Assembly (NCBI GenBank): GCA_030648435.1
Contig: JAUSHE010000024.1
Span: 1 to 63,698, forward strand
Length of the DNA: 63,698 nucleotides
Direction of reading: 5' to 3'
Origin: Candidatus Daviesbacteria bacterium
GTDB lineage: Bacteria; Patescibacteriota; Microgenomatia; Daviesbacterales; UBA10151
The notes under the pieces: model-generated
What the model was told of the DNA's origin: nothing
The model's input: the letters and a program-made list of their open reading frames with translations, nothing else
Database searches by the model: none
In this document: positions 56,254-63,698 of the stretch, piece after piece
How the letters are laid out: every line of letters starts with the position of its first letter
Numbering within the stretch: position 1 is the stretch's first letter
Program-made: the position numbers and the translations under genes

Positions 56254-57228
56254 ATGAAAATTATTAAGCCACCTAAATTAAATATTGGAGATACAATTGG
56301 TATTGTGGCCTCATCACTGCCTGTTTTGCCTTCTTTTAGGGAAAATTATGAGCAGGGGAAGAAAGTGATTTATGATTTAGGATTTAAGATTAAAGAAGGT
56401 AAGACTATTGGAAAAGTAAGATGGTGGATGGCAGGTACTCCAAAAGAAGTTGCAGACGACATCAATTCAATGTTTGCTGATAAAAATGTCAAGGCGATCA
56501 TGGCTCATAGCGGAGGTTATTCTGCGATTTCTGTTATAGAACATTTGGACTATGAACTAATAACTAATAACCCCAAGCCTTTCATGGGTATGTCTGATAT
56601 GACTATTTACCATCTGGCGATCTTTGCAAAAACCGGAATGGTAGGATTCCATATGGATGATGTAACTTTTGGTTTCGGTAGGAATTCAAAAGAAAACCAG
56701 GAAGATTGGCTCAATTTGGATAAAGAGTTTTTCTTGAAATTTTTAACTCGTACAGAAGCTCCTGGGATTATCAAGCCTGTAAGTGATTGGGAGGAATGGA
56801 AAAAAGGAAAAACGACTGGACAGTTGATTGGCGGTATATTACAACATCAAAAACTTCTTTCAGGTACGGGATATTTTCCAAGAATAGAAGATTTTGACGG
56901 GGCAATACTTTTTTGGGAAGAGGTGGGGGAAAGTTTATATAAAATTTCTGAAAGCCTTTATAAATTAAAATACATGGGAATTTTTGAAAGAATAAACGGG
57001 ATGCTGATTGGAAAAATTAAGTATGTAAAACCTATGAGGGAAGAAGAGATACAGGTGCCGGGCGTTAAAGAAATGATTCTGGAAATTATGGAGGATTACA
57101 AATTTCCGATTATGTCAAATCTTGATTTTGGCCATTATACAGTCAATATCCCCATGCCCGTAGGCATTAAAGTTTCCTTTGATACATCTTCCAAGGAATT
57201 AAACTCTCTAGAGGGAGCTGTAGTTTAA
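56254..57228 (+). CDS. S66 peptidase / LD-carboxypeptidase (MccF-like)
   Basis: GDTIGIVASS, GGY, NPKPFMGMSDMT, ILFWEE, DFGH. Confidence 0.9.
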   Translation: MKIIKPPKLNIGDTIGIVASSLPVLPSFRENYEQGKKVIYDLGFKIKEGKTIGKVRWWMAGTPKEVADDINSMFADKNVKAIMAHSGGYSAISVIEHLDYELITNNPKPFMGMSDMTIYHLAIFAKTGMVGFHMDDVTFGFGRNSKENQEDWLNLDKEFFLKFLTRTEAPGIIKPVSDWEEWKKGKTTGQLIGGILQHQKLLSGTGYFPRIEDFDGAILFWEEVGESLYKISESLYKLKYMGIFERINGMLIGKIKYVKPMREEEIQVPGVKEMILEIMEDYKFPIMSNLDFGHYTVNIPMPVGIKVSFDTSSKELNSLEGAVV

Positions 57229-57230
57229 CT

Positions 57231-57881
57231 ATGAAAAAAATTAAGGCAGTACTTTTTGATATGGATGGCTTGATGATTGATAGTGAACCACTTCACTATC
57301 AGGCTTTTAATAAAGTTATTGAAAAGTATGGCAAACATTTAACTGAGGAAGAAAATAATCAAAGATACATTGGTCTTTCTGATGAAGATGAGGCTCGTGA
57401 TATGGTGGTAAGATTCAATCTTCCCATAAGCTCGCAAGAACTTGTTCAACAAAAACAAGTTATATTAAGGCAAATTTTCAAAAATCAAGTTTTTCCTCAA
57501 CCAGGATTACTTGATCTATTAAAAAAGCTTGATGATGATGACTATAAAACTGCTATTGCTTCAAGCTCTTCACTGGAGGTAATCAAAACAATAATTGACG
57601 GACTTAAAATTTCTGCCTTAATTGATGAGTATGTTTCAGCGCAACAAGTAGAAAAGGGTAAACCAGCTCCAGATATTTACCTCTTAGCTGCTAAAAAGCT
57701 GGGAGTAAATCCAAGCGGATGTCTGGTTTTAGAAGATGCTCCCAGAGGAGTTGAGGCAGGAAAAAGTGCTGGGATGTCAGTTTTTGCAATTCCCAGTAGC
57801 GCAACAAAAGGAGAAGATTTTCGCATGGCAGATAAAGTTTTAAGTAGTTTATCTGAGGTTTATGAGGAGTTAAAACCCTAG
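57231..57881 (+). CDS. HAD-family phosphatase (beta-phosphoglucomutase-like)
   Basis: FDMDGLMIDSE, IASSS, KPAPDIYL, LEDAPRGVEAG. Confidence 0.92.
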   Translation: MKKIKAVLFDMDGLMIDSEPLHYQAFNKVIEKYGKHLTEEENNQRYIGLSDEDEARDMVVRFNLPISSQELVQQKQVILRQIFKNQVFPQPGLLDLLKKLDDDDYKTAIASSSSLEVIKTIIDGLKISALIDEYVSAQQVEKGKPAPDIYLLAAKKLGVNPSGCLVLEDAPRGVEAGKSAGMSVFAIPSSATKGEDFRMADKVLSSLSEVYEELKP

Positions 57882-57929
57882 GTGTAGCTTCATTCCCACC
57901 TCCGAGGTGGGATAAATCATAAAACTGAT

Positions 57930-58463
57930 ATGAAAGATGCAAAGTTGATTGATGTAGTTAATGAGGAAGGTAAAGCTATAAAAGAGCTTGATTCAGAAGT
58001 TGTCCATAAGAATGGCTTACTGCATAAAGCAATTCATATTTTAGTAGTTGATAGTTTGGGAAGGATTCTTGTTCGTAAAAGATCACAAAGTAAGAAATTA
58101 TATCCAGGAGTTCTATCTTCATCCGTTGGAGCACATATTCTTACTCAAGATACCGAAGATAAAACTGCCAGAAAAAATCTTAAAACATTTCTAGGTTTAG
58201 ACTTGCCTTTGGTAAAAATTGGTAATGCCAGAGTGAAGGATAAGATAGAAAATGAATTGATCACGATCTATCTTTGCCGATCAAATACTGTTCTTAATTT
58301 AAATCCTCAAGAAAGTGACGAGGGTAATTTTATGAAATTGGACGAAGTTAAGAGGTTAGTTAAGAGGCAACTAACAACACCTCATTTGGCTGCTGCGCTT
58401 AAAACTTATGAAGCCTATTTAACCTCTAATAACCCTGCAGTTGGGACAGCGGAGGGAGTCTAA
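57930..58463 (+). CDS. NUDIX/IDI-like protein with degenerate Nudix box
   Basis: IDVVNE..VHKNGLLHKAIHI..KRS..K.YPG..SVGAH. Confidence 0.75.
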   Translation: MKDAKLIDVVNEEGKAIKELDSEVVHKNGLLHKAIHILVVDSLGRILVRKRSQSKKLYPGVLSSSVGAHILTQDTEDKTARKNLKTFLGLDLPLVKIGNARVKDKIENELITIYLCRSNTVLNLNPQESDEGNFMKLDEVKRLVKRQLTTPHLAAALKTYEAYLTSNNPAVGTAEGV

Positions 58464-58480
58464 CTCAACTCAAAGATTTT
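58419..58480 (-). pseudogene. Diverged remnant of the NAD kinase 3' end
   Basis: Minus strand reads ELDSLRCPNCRVIRG*, versus native ELDSLRCPNCHITRG* ending at 59612. Confidence 0.85.
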
Positions 58481-58537
58481 TTGGTCTGTTTCAGAGCTGA
58501 CTCCTGTAATGTACACATCGGGTGTGGCAGGCTGCAG

Positions 58538-58626
58538 CAGTCAATATCCCCATGCCAATAGGCATTAAAGTTTCCTTTGATACCTCCAAAAAAGAACTCA
58601 ACTTCCTGGAATCAGCGGTAATCTAA
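58538..58626 (+). pseudogene. Diverged copy of the S66 peptidase 3' end
   Basis: VNIPMPIGIKVSFDTSKKELNFLESAVI*, versus native VNIPMPVGIKVSFDTSSKELNSLEGAVV* (57140-57228). Confidence 0.9.
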
Positions 58627-58635
58627 AACCTTGTA

Positions 58636-59475
58636 TCATTTTTTCGTCTTCAGCCGTTTTCTGCCTTCCGGTGTTTGCAGATAATTTTCTTTGGAAACTA
58701 CACTTCGGCCAATTTCTTTTTCTGTTTCTGTTCTGGCCTTACCTGCAACATTTCCACCTCTTTTGGCTACTGTTTTATTCTTTGGAAATGTGTTCGGTTT
58801 TTCTTGTCGGGAAATTTCAGTTGTTACTCTCTCGCCCAGCATCGTAAAAATTAGCTCAAAATCATCCATATGATCGCGCAAATTTTCTCTTTTTAGACCT
58901 TTCAGTTTCTTATATTCGCTTGGGGTTACTCCAAAAGCGGCTTTGGAAATTTCAGCAGTCAAAATCTCGTATTCCTTTTGCTGTTTTACTCCTCTTTTTT
59001 GCCATTCGTCTGTCAATTCTTCGCGGATGGCAATTCCTCGTATTCGTTTCTCTATCCAGTCATCAGAATAGCCTTTGATTTTATAAAGCATTCTTGTTCT
59101 TTTAGCGGCAAGTTCAGGATTCTCAATTTCCTGTACACGTTCATACCCTATTTTTGCCAGCCATCGCTTAAATGGTTCTGCTTTTGGAGATGGGATGGAT
59201 TGGATAATACGGAAGATTCCTTCAGTGTTAGCGCAATCTGTTTTCCGCATTTTGCCGTCAGGGGCTAATAATTTCAACCCGTGACAAAATGTCACGACTT
59301 CGCTTCCTTCCTCGCCTAATCTTTGTTTCAGCTTTCTCCAATATGCTCCGGCATCAACACTATCCGTTAAGACTTCACACACATCAACAACCGAAAACCA
59401 CCACTCGTTTTTGTAAATTATTCTCCTTATTTCTTTCTGCCTAAAGATTGCAATTTTAGTAATCTCGTCTGTCAT
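58636..59475 (-). CDS. Bro-N domain protein (second paralog)
   Basis: EWWFSVVD, YWRKLKQRL, CHGLKLLAPDGK, IIQSIPSPKAEPFKRWLA, NLRDHM. Confidence 0.88.
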   Translation of the reverse strand: MTDEITKIAIFRQKEIRRIIYKNEWWFSVVDVCEVLTDSVDAGAYWRKLKQRLGEEGSEVVTFCHGLKLLAPDGKMRKTDCANTEGIFRIIQSIPSPKAEPFKRWLAKIGYERVQEIENPELAAKRTRMLYKIKGYSDDWIEKRIRGIAIREELTDEWQKRGVKQQKEYEILTAEISKAAFGVTPSEYKKLKGLKRENLRDHMDDFELIFTMLGERVTTEISRQEKPNTFPKNKTVAKRGGNVAGKARTETEKEIGRSVVSKENYLQTPEGRKRLKTKK

Positions 59476-59555
59476 ATCTTCAGATTAACCCAAACGTTTA
59501 CCGAAGTCAAGATGGCTTTTTAAAACAACGGGTGTCCTGTCCGGACTATCCCCCA
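59476..59555 (-). promoter_or_regulatory. Conserved Bro-N upstream element with sigma70 promoter
   Basis: Reverse strand TGGGGGAT..AGGACACCCG..TCTTGACTTCGG; TTGACT-17-TAATCT, 6 nt to the ATG. Confidence 0.75.
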
Positions 59556-59615
59556 AAAGTTTCCTTTGATACTGCCAAAAAAGAACTCAACTTCCTAGAA
59601 TTGGCTGTAATTTAG
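59556..59615 (+). pseudogene. Third copy of the S66 peptidase 3' end
   Basis: KVSFDTAKKELNFLELAVI*, with its stop overlapping the NAD kinase stop. Confidence 0.85.
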
Positions 59616-60307
59616 CCTCTGGTGATATGGCAGTTGGGGCAGCGGAGGGAATCCAGCTCATAAATTTTGGCGGTTTGATAGGATACTTTAAAAGTAATTT
59701 CTGAATTTTCATCAACATTAAAGATATCAGGATTATTGTCAAAAGATAGAGTTGCAGTGCCTCTTATTAGTTTAAAGGTAATTATGTCATTTTCTTTAAA
59801 AAAGACTGGGGGGAGTTGCTCGGTGATATTATTGAAAGCGAGTCCCAGGCCGTTCTTAAAAGTCTTTCCGGTAATACTTTTAAAATAACCGGAAGAGCCG
59901 AAAGGAGTAGATATAACCACTCCGTCTCCAATCAGTAGTTTATTTGTGCCGGTTACCTGAAACCGGATAGTATGAATAGGTTTCGTATTTCTGATGACAA
60001 AATCATTTAAAGCTGTAAATGTTTGATACAAAATTGTGGTTTCCAGTTTTCGATATTCTTTTATTTTTAATTTGCCTTCGAATAATTTTTTAATTAAAAA
60101 TTTTTCGCCGTGTCTGGGGCATTTTTTACAAACTGAACTATCTCTCATAGGCAATTTTGGCACCCCAGGGTAAACTCTTTCCGAATAAAGCAAAGTGCCG
60201 TCGCCACCGTAACTAATTATTATATCCGGATTTGAAGTGACTATTTCAAAGTCTTGCAGTAGTTTTTCTATGTCCTTTGCATTTTTGCCAGTCAGCAGTA
60301 TATTCAT
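59612..60307 (-). CDS. nadK: NAD kinase
   Basis: SYGGDGTLL, ALNDFVI, GDGVVISTPFGSSGY. Confidence 0.88.
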   Translation of the reverse strand: MNILLTGKNAKDIEKLLQDFEIVTSNPDIIISYGGDGTLLYSERVYPGVPKLPMRDSSVCKKCPRHGEKFLIKKLFEGKLKIKEYRKLETTILYQTFTALNDFVIRNTKPIHTIRFQVTGTNKLLIGDGVVISTPFGSSGYFKSITGKTFKNGLGLAFNNITEQLPPVFFKENDIITFKLIRGTATLSFDNNPDIFNVDENSEITFKVSYQTAKIYELDSLRCPNCHITRG

Positions 60308-60335
60308 GCCGTAATGGTACTACTCTAAAAGTATC

Positions 60336-60372
60336 TTGACAACAGTTAGCAGTCATGATATTCTAGTGCCAG
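60336..60372 (+). promoter_or_regulatory. hrcA promoter with CIRCE-like operator
   Basis: TTGACA 60336, 17-nt spacer, TATTCT 60359; TTAGCAGTC-N9-TAGTGCCAG 60346-60372 (CIRCE consensus TTAGCACTC-N9-GAGTGCTAA). Confidence 0.78.
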
Positions 60373-60375
60373 TTT

Positions 60376-61104
60376 ATGGCTGAATTAACTGAACGCCAGC
60401 AAGCACTTTTAAAAGCGATAGTAGAAGAATATATCGAGTTTGCCGAACCAGTTGGCAGCGGGATTATTGAGAAGAAACATGATTTAGGAGTTTCCCCTGC
60501 CACCATCAGGATTGAAATGGGGCGATTAACGGATATGGGGTATCTAAGACAGCCTCATACATCCGCCGGCAGGGCTCCAACATCAATGGGAATGAAGTTT
60601 TATATATCTGAGTTGATGAAAGAAAAAACTTTACCTGTTGCGGCTGAGGTTTCTATCAAAGAAAAAATGATGGTACACCGCCATAAACAGGAAAGACTGA
60701 TCAAGGAAGCTGTGTCTGCATTGGCTGATAGATTGGATATACTGGGTTTGGCAATTGATGATGAAGGGATAGTTTATTATGCCGGGGCAGCCAATATTTT
60801 GGATTGGCCGGAGTTTTATGATATTGATGTAGCCAGGTTTGTATTGTCGCTTTTTGACGGGAATCCGAGGCTTAGTGAAATAATCGGTAGGGCAGTGGGA
60901 ACCGACCCTGTACATATTTTATTTGGGGAGGATATGGAGTTTGAATATTTGCGTCCGACCGGATTTGTTTTTACAAAATATATGGTAGGAGAAAATAAGG
61001 ATGGAATAGTCGGTGTGATTGGGCCGGCCAGAATGAATTTTTCGCTGGTCCTGCCTTATGTAAAATATGTCAGAGATATGTTAAATGAAGCAATAAGAAT
61101 ATGA
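60376..61104 (+). CDS. hrcA: Heat-inducible transcription repressor HrcA (short form)
   Basis: LTERQ..LKAIVEEYI..EPVGS, VSPATIR.EM, QPHTSAGRAPT, GVIGPARM. Confidence 0.95.
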   Translation: MAELTERQQALLKAIVEEYIEFAEPVGSGIIEKKHDLGVSPATIRIEMGRLTDMGYLRQPHTSAGRAPTSMGMKFYISELMKEKTLPVAAEVSIKEKMMVHRHKQERLIKEAVSALADRLDILGLAIDDEGIVYYAGAANILDWPEFYDIDVARFVLSLFDGNPRLSEIIGRAVGTDPVHILFGEDMEFEYLRPTGFVFTKYMVGENKDGIVGVIGPARMNFSLVLPYVKYVRDMLNEAIRI

Positions 61105-61601
61105 GCAAAAAACAAGATACAAAATTACAAGATTTAGAACAAAAAATAATTGGGCTGGATAACCAGCTAAAAAGAGCAGTGGCTGATTATCAGAATTTGG
61201 AAAAAAGAATAGCTGAAGGAAGGTCGGAGCTTACTAAATGGGGTACAGGGGAATTATTGATAAAAATTCTGCCGGTATTAGATCATTTGGAAAAAGCAGT
61301 TTTAGGAGCCAGTGAGACTGAGAAACAATCTGCCTGGTACAAAGGAGTAGAAATGAGCATTAAGCAATTTAAAGATGTTTTAAAAAGTGAGGGGTTGGAG
61401 GAGATTGCAGTAGATGGAGAATTTAATCCTGCCTTGCATGAAGCAGTTGACACCAGAGAGGGTGAGGATAATAAAATATTAGAAGTGGTCAGGCGCGGGT
61501 ATACATTAAATGGTAAAATATTAAGACCGGCTCAAGTGGTCGTAGGACGACAGTCCGAAGACCATCCTGAGCAAGCGGAGCGAGTCGAAGGATCTATATA
61601 A
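61101..61601 (+). CDS. grpE: Nucleotide exchange factor GrpE
   Basis: [47 protein letters not shown]. Confidence 0.96.
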   Translation: MSKKQDTKLQDLEQKIIGLDNQLKRAVADYQNLEKRIAEGRSELTKWGTGELLIKILPVLDHLEKAVLGASETEKQSAWYKGVEMSIKQFKDVLKSEGLEEIAVDGEFNPALHEAVDTREGEDNKILEVVRRGYTLNGKILRPAQVVVGRQSEDHPEQAERVEGSI

Positions 61602-61602
61602 T

Positions 61603-63507
61603 ATGGGTAAAATAATTGGGATAGATTTAGGGACAACTAATAGCTGTGTTGCAGTAATGGAGGGCGGTAAGCCCAAAGTTATCCATTCGGCAGAAGGCGA
61701 AAATATTATCCCCTCGGTGGTTAATCCGCTTAAAAATGTTGTGGGGAGGGTGGCCAAGCGCCAGGCAATAGTTAACCCTAAAGAAACTATTTTTTCAATA
61801 AAGCGGTTAATGGGTCGCAAATTTAAAGATCCGGAAATTCAACGTGATTTGAAGTGGCTTCCCTACACCATTAAAGAAGGCCGTGAAGGTATGGCTGTGG
61901 TGGAAGTAGATGGTCATGACTATACTCCGCAGGAGATTTCTGCCCAAATTTTACAGAAAATTAAAGCAGATGCAGAAAGTTATTTGGGTGAAAAAGTAAC
62001 TGAAGCTGTGATTACTGTGCCTGCTTATTTTGATGATGCCCAGCGTCAAGCCACCAAGCAGGCAGGAGAAATCGCCGGCCTGGATGTTAAAAGAATTATT
62101 AATGAGCCGACTGCAGCAGCCTTGGCTTACGGCTTGGATAAATCCCATGCTCATACTATTGCTGTTTATGATTTAGGTGGAGGCACTTTTGATATTTCTA
62201 TTTTGGAGTTGGGTGACGGCGTGATTGAGGTTAAATCAACTAATGGCGATACTCACTTAGGCGGAGATGATTTTGATCAGGTAATTTTGGATTGGCTTGC
62301 TGAGGAGTTTAAAAAAGAACAGGGAATTGATCTAAAATCCGACAAGCAAGCTTTGCAGAGACTGCGTGACGGGGCTGAAAAAGCTAAGATCGAGCTCTCG
62401 TCTACTCAGGAAGCTTCAATATCCATCCCATTTGTGACAGCAGATGCGTCCGGCCCTAAACATTTAGAAATGAAATTATCCCGGGCCAAGCTGGAAGCAA
62501 TGGTCAAACCGTTAATTGATAAAACTTTTGATGCAGTCAAGGATGCCTTAAAAGATGCCAAACTGGAATCATCAAAAATAGATGAAGTGGTATTAGTCGG
62601 AGGCATGACCAGGATGCCCCTCTGTCAAAAGGTTGTCCGGGATTTCTTTGGCAAAGAGCCTCATAAAGGTATTAACCCGGATGAGGTGGTGGCTGTGGGA
62701 GCTGCCATACAAGGCGGTGTTTTGGGCGGGGAAGTCAAAGATGTTTTGCTTTTGGATGTGACTCCTTTAACTTTAGGGATTGAAACATTAGGTGGAGTGA
62801 GAACACCTTTGATTGTCAGGAATACCACCATTCCGTCTTCAAAATCAGAAACTTTCTCAACAGCGGCGGATAATCAGCCGGCAGTGGAAATTAATGTTCT
62901 TCAGGGTGAGCGGGAAATGGCCTCCGATAATAAATCTTTGGGTAGATTTACGCTGGATGGGATTCCGCCGGCTCCCAGAGGCGTGCCGCAAATTGAAGTT
63001 ACTTTTGATATTGACGCCAACGGTATTTTAAATGTCACAGCGCACGATAAAGCCACCGGCAAAAAGCAAAATATTACTATCACAGGTTCCACAGGGCTGT
63101 CTAAAGATGAAGTGGAGAGGATGACCAAAGAGGCAGAGGCCCATGCCGAGGAAGATAAGAAAAAGAAAGAAGGAATTGAGATTAAAAATCAGGCAGATAC
63201 GCTGGTTTATACGGCAGAAAAAAGTTTAAAAGATGCCGGGGATAAAGTATCTGCGGAAATTAGAACTGATGTGGAGCAAAAATTAAATGACTTAAAAGGT
63301 GTTATCCAGACAGCTTCACCGGAAGATCTAAAACCCAAAATGGAAGCTCTGTCAGATGCGTTGCAGAAAATAGGCGAGGCGATGTATAAAGATAAGGGTA
63401 CAGGTGAACAACCCAAAGGAGAAGCCGCCTCCGCTGAAAGCTCCGGCGAGCCGAAGGAAGAAGCGGTAGAAGGGGAAGTGGTAGAGGAAAATGGGAAGAA
63501 AGAATAA
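61603..63507 (+). CDS. dnaK: Chaperone DnaK
   Basis: [60 protein letters not shown]. Confidence 0.99.
   Translation: MGKIIGIDLGTTNSCVAVMEGGKPKVIHSAEGENIIPSVVNPLKNVVGRVAKRQAIVNPKETIFSIKRLMGRKFKDPEIQRDLKWLPYTIKEGREGMAVVEVDGHDYTPQEISAQILQKIKADAESYLGEKVTEAVITVPAYFDDAQRQATKQAGEIAGLDVKRIINEPTAAALAYGLDKSHAHTIAVYDLGGGTFDISILELGDGVIEVKSTNGDTHLGGDDFDQVILDWLAEEFKKEQGIDLKSDKQALQRLRDGAEKAKIELSSTQEASISIPFVTADASGPKHLEMKLSRAKLEAMVKPLIDKTFDAVKDALKDAKLESSKIDEVVLVGGMTRMPLCQKVVRDFFGKEPHKGINPDEVVAVGAAIQGGVLGGEVKDVLLLDVTPLTLGIETLGGVRTPLIVRNTTIPSSKSETFSTAADNQPAVEINVLQGEREMASDNKSLGRFTLDGIPPAPRGVPQIEVTFDIDANGILNVTAHDKATGKKQNITITGSTGLSKDEVERMTKEAEAHAEEDKKKKEGIEIKNQADTLVYTAEKSLKDAGDKVSAEIRTDVEQKLNDLKGVIQTASPEDLKPKMEALSDALQKIGEAMYKDKGTGEQPKGEAASAESSGEPKEEAVEGEVVEENGKKE
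63421..63460 (+). repeat. 40-bp in-frame palindromic element shared with rplY
   Basis: GAAGCCGCCTCCGCTGAAAGCTCCGGCGAGCCGAAGGAAG. Confidence 0.9.
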
Positions 63508-63510
63508 TGG

Positions 63511-63698
63511 ATGGCCACAAAAAGAGACTACTACGAAATTTTAGGGGTTTCTAAAAACGCCCCTGAAGCGGAGATAAAATCTGCTTACCGGAAACTGGCC
63601 AGAAAACATCACCCTGATATAGATAAAACTGCCGGGGCTGATGTCAGATTTAAAGAGCTAGGGGAGGCTTACCAAGTTTTATCAGATCCGCAAAAGAA
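63511..63698 (+). CDS. dnaJ: DnaJ (J-domain, truncated by window end)
   Basis: [48 protein letters not shown]. Confidence 0.95.
   Translation, partial: MATKRDYYEILGVSKNAPEAEIKSAYRKLARKHHPDIDKTAGADVRFKELGEAYQVLSDPQK

Noticed and set aside
46712..59475. Prophage suggested by Bro-N genes
   Set aside because: Neighbours are housekeeping genes; no structural, terminase or integrase genes.
1..63698. Alternative genetic code (TGA read-through)
   Set aside because: Several genes end at TGA at expected lengths (for example yidD, jag, grpE-upstream hrcA), consistent with code 11.

Overview
A low-GC bacterial chromosome segment that spans the replication origin (dnaN, dnaA, rpmH-rnpA-yidD-yidC-jag) and runs to the hrcA-grpE-dnaK-dnaJ operon. 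The compact housekeeping genes, shortened ValS/TpiA/HrcA, and DUF4012, PEGA, dockerin and PilN/PilO proteins suggest a Patescibacteria (CPR, Microgenomates-like) genome; this is inferred, not database-checked. I found no rRNA, tRNA, CRISPR array, transposase or integrase. The most unusual signals lie below gene level. (1) A four-helix-bundle (Avd/IVP-like) gene is enclosed by inverted arrays of a 7-bp repeat, and about 11 other 7-bp-period micro-arrays sit in frame inside housekeeping genes. (2) Several families of short palindromes are embedded in frame in coding sequences, one with compensatory base changes. (3) Two Bro-N genes share a conserved 80-bp upstream end, and one lies in a hotspot with stacked, diverged copies of the 3' tails of both flanking genes. 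(4) Leaderless promoters are pervasive, including a perfectly symmetric bidirectional -10 element. (5) oriC has DnaA boxes plus DnaA-trios, with a resolvase-like nuclease gene inserted between dnaA and dnaN.
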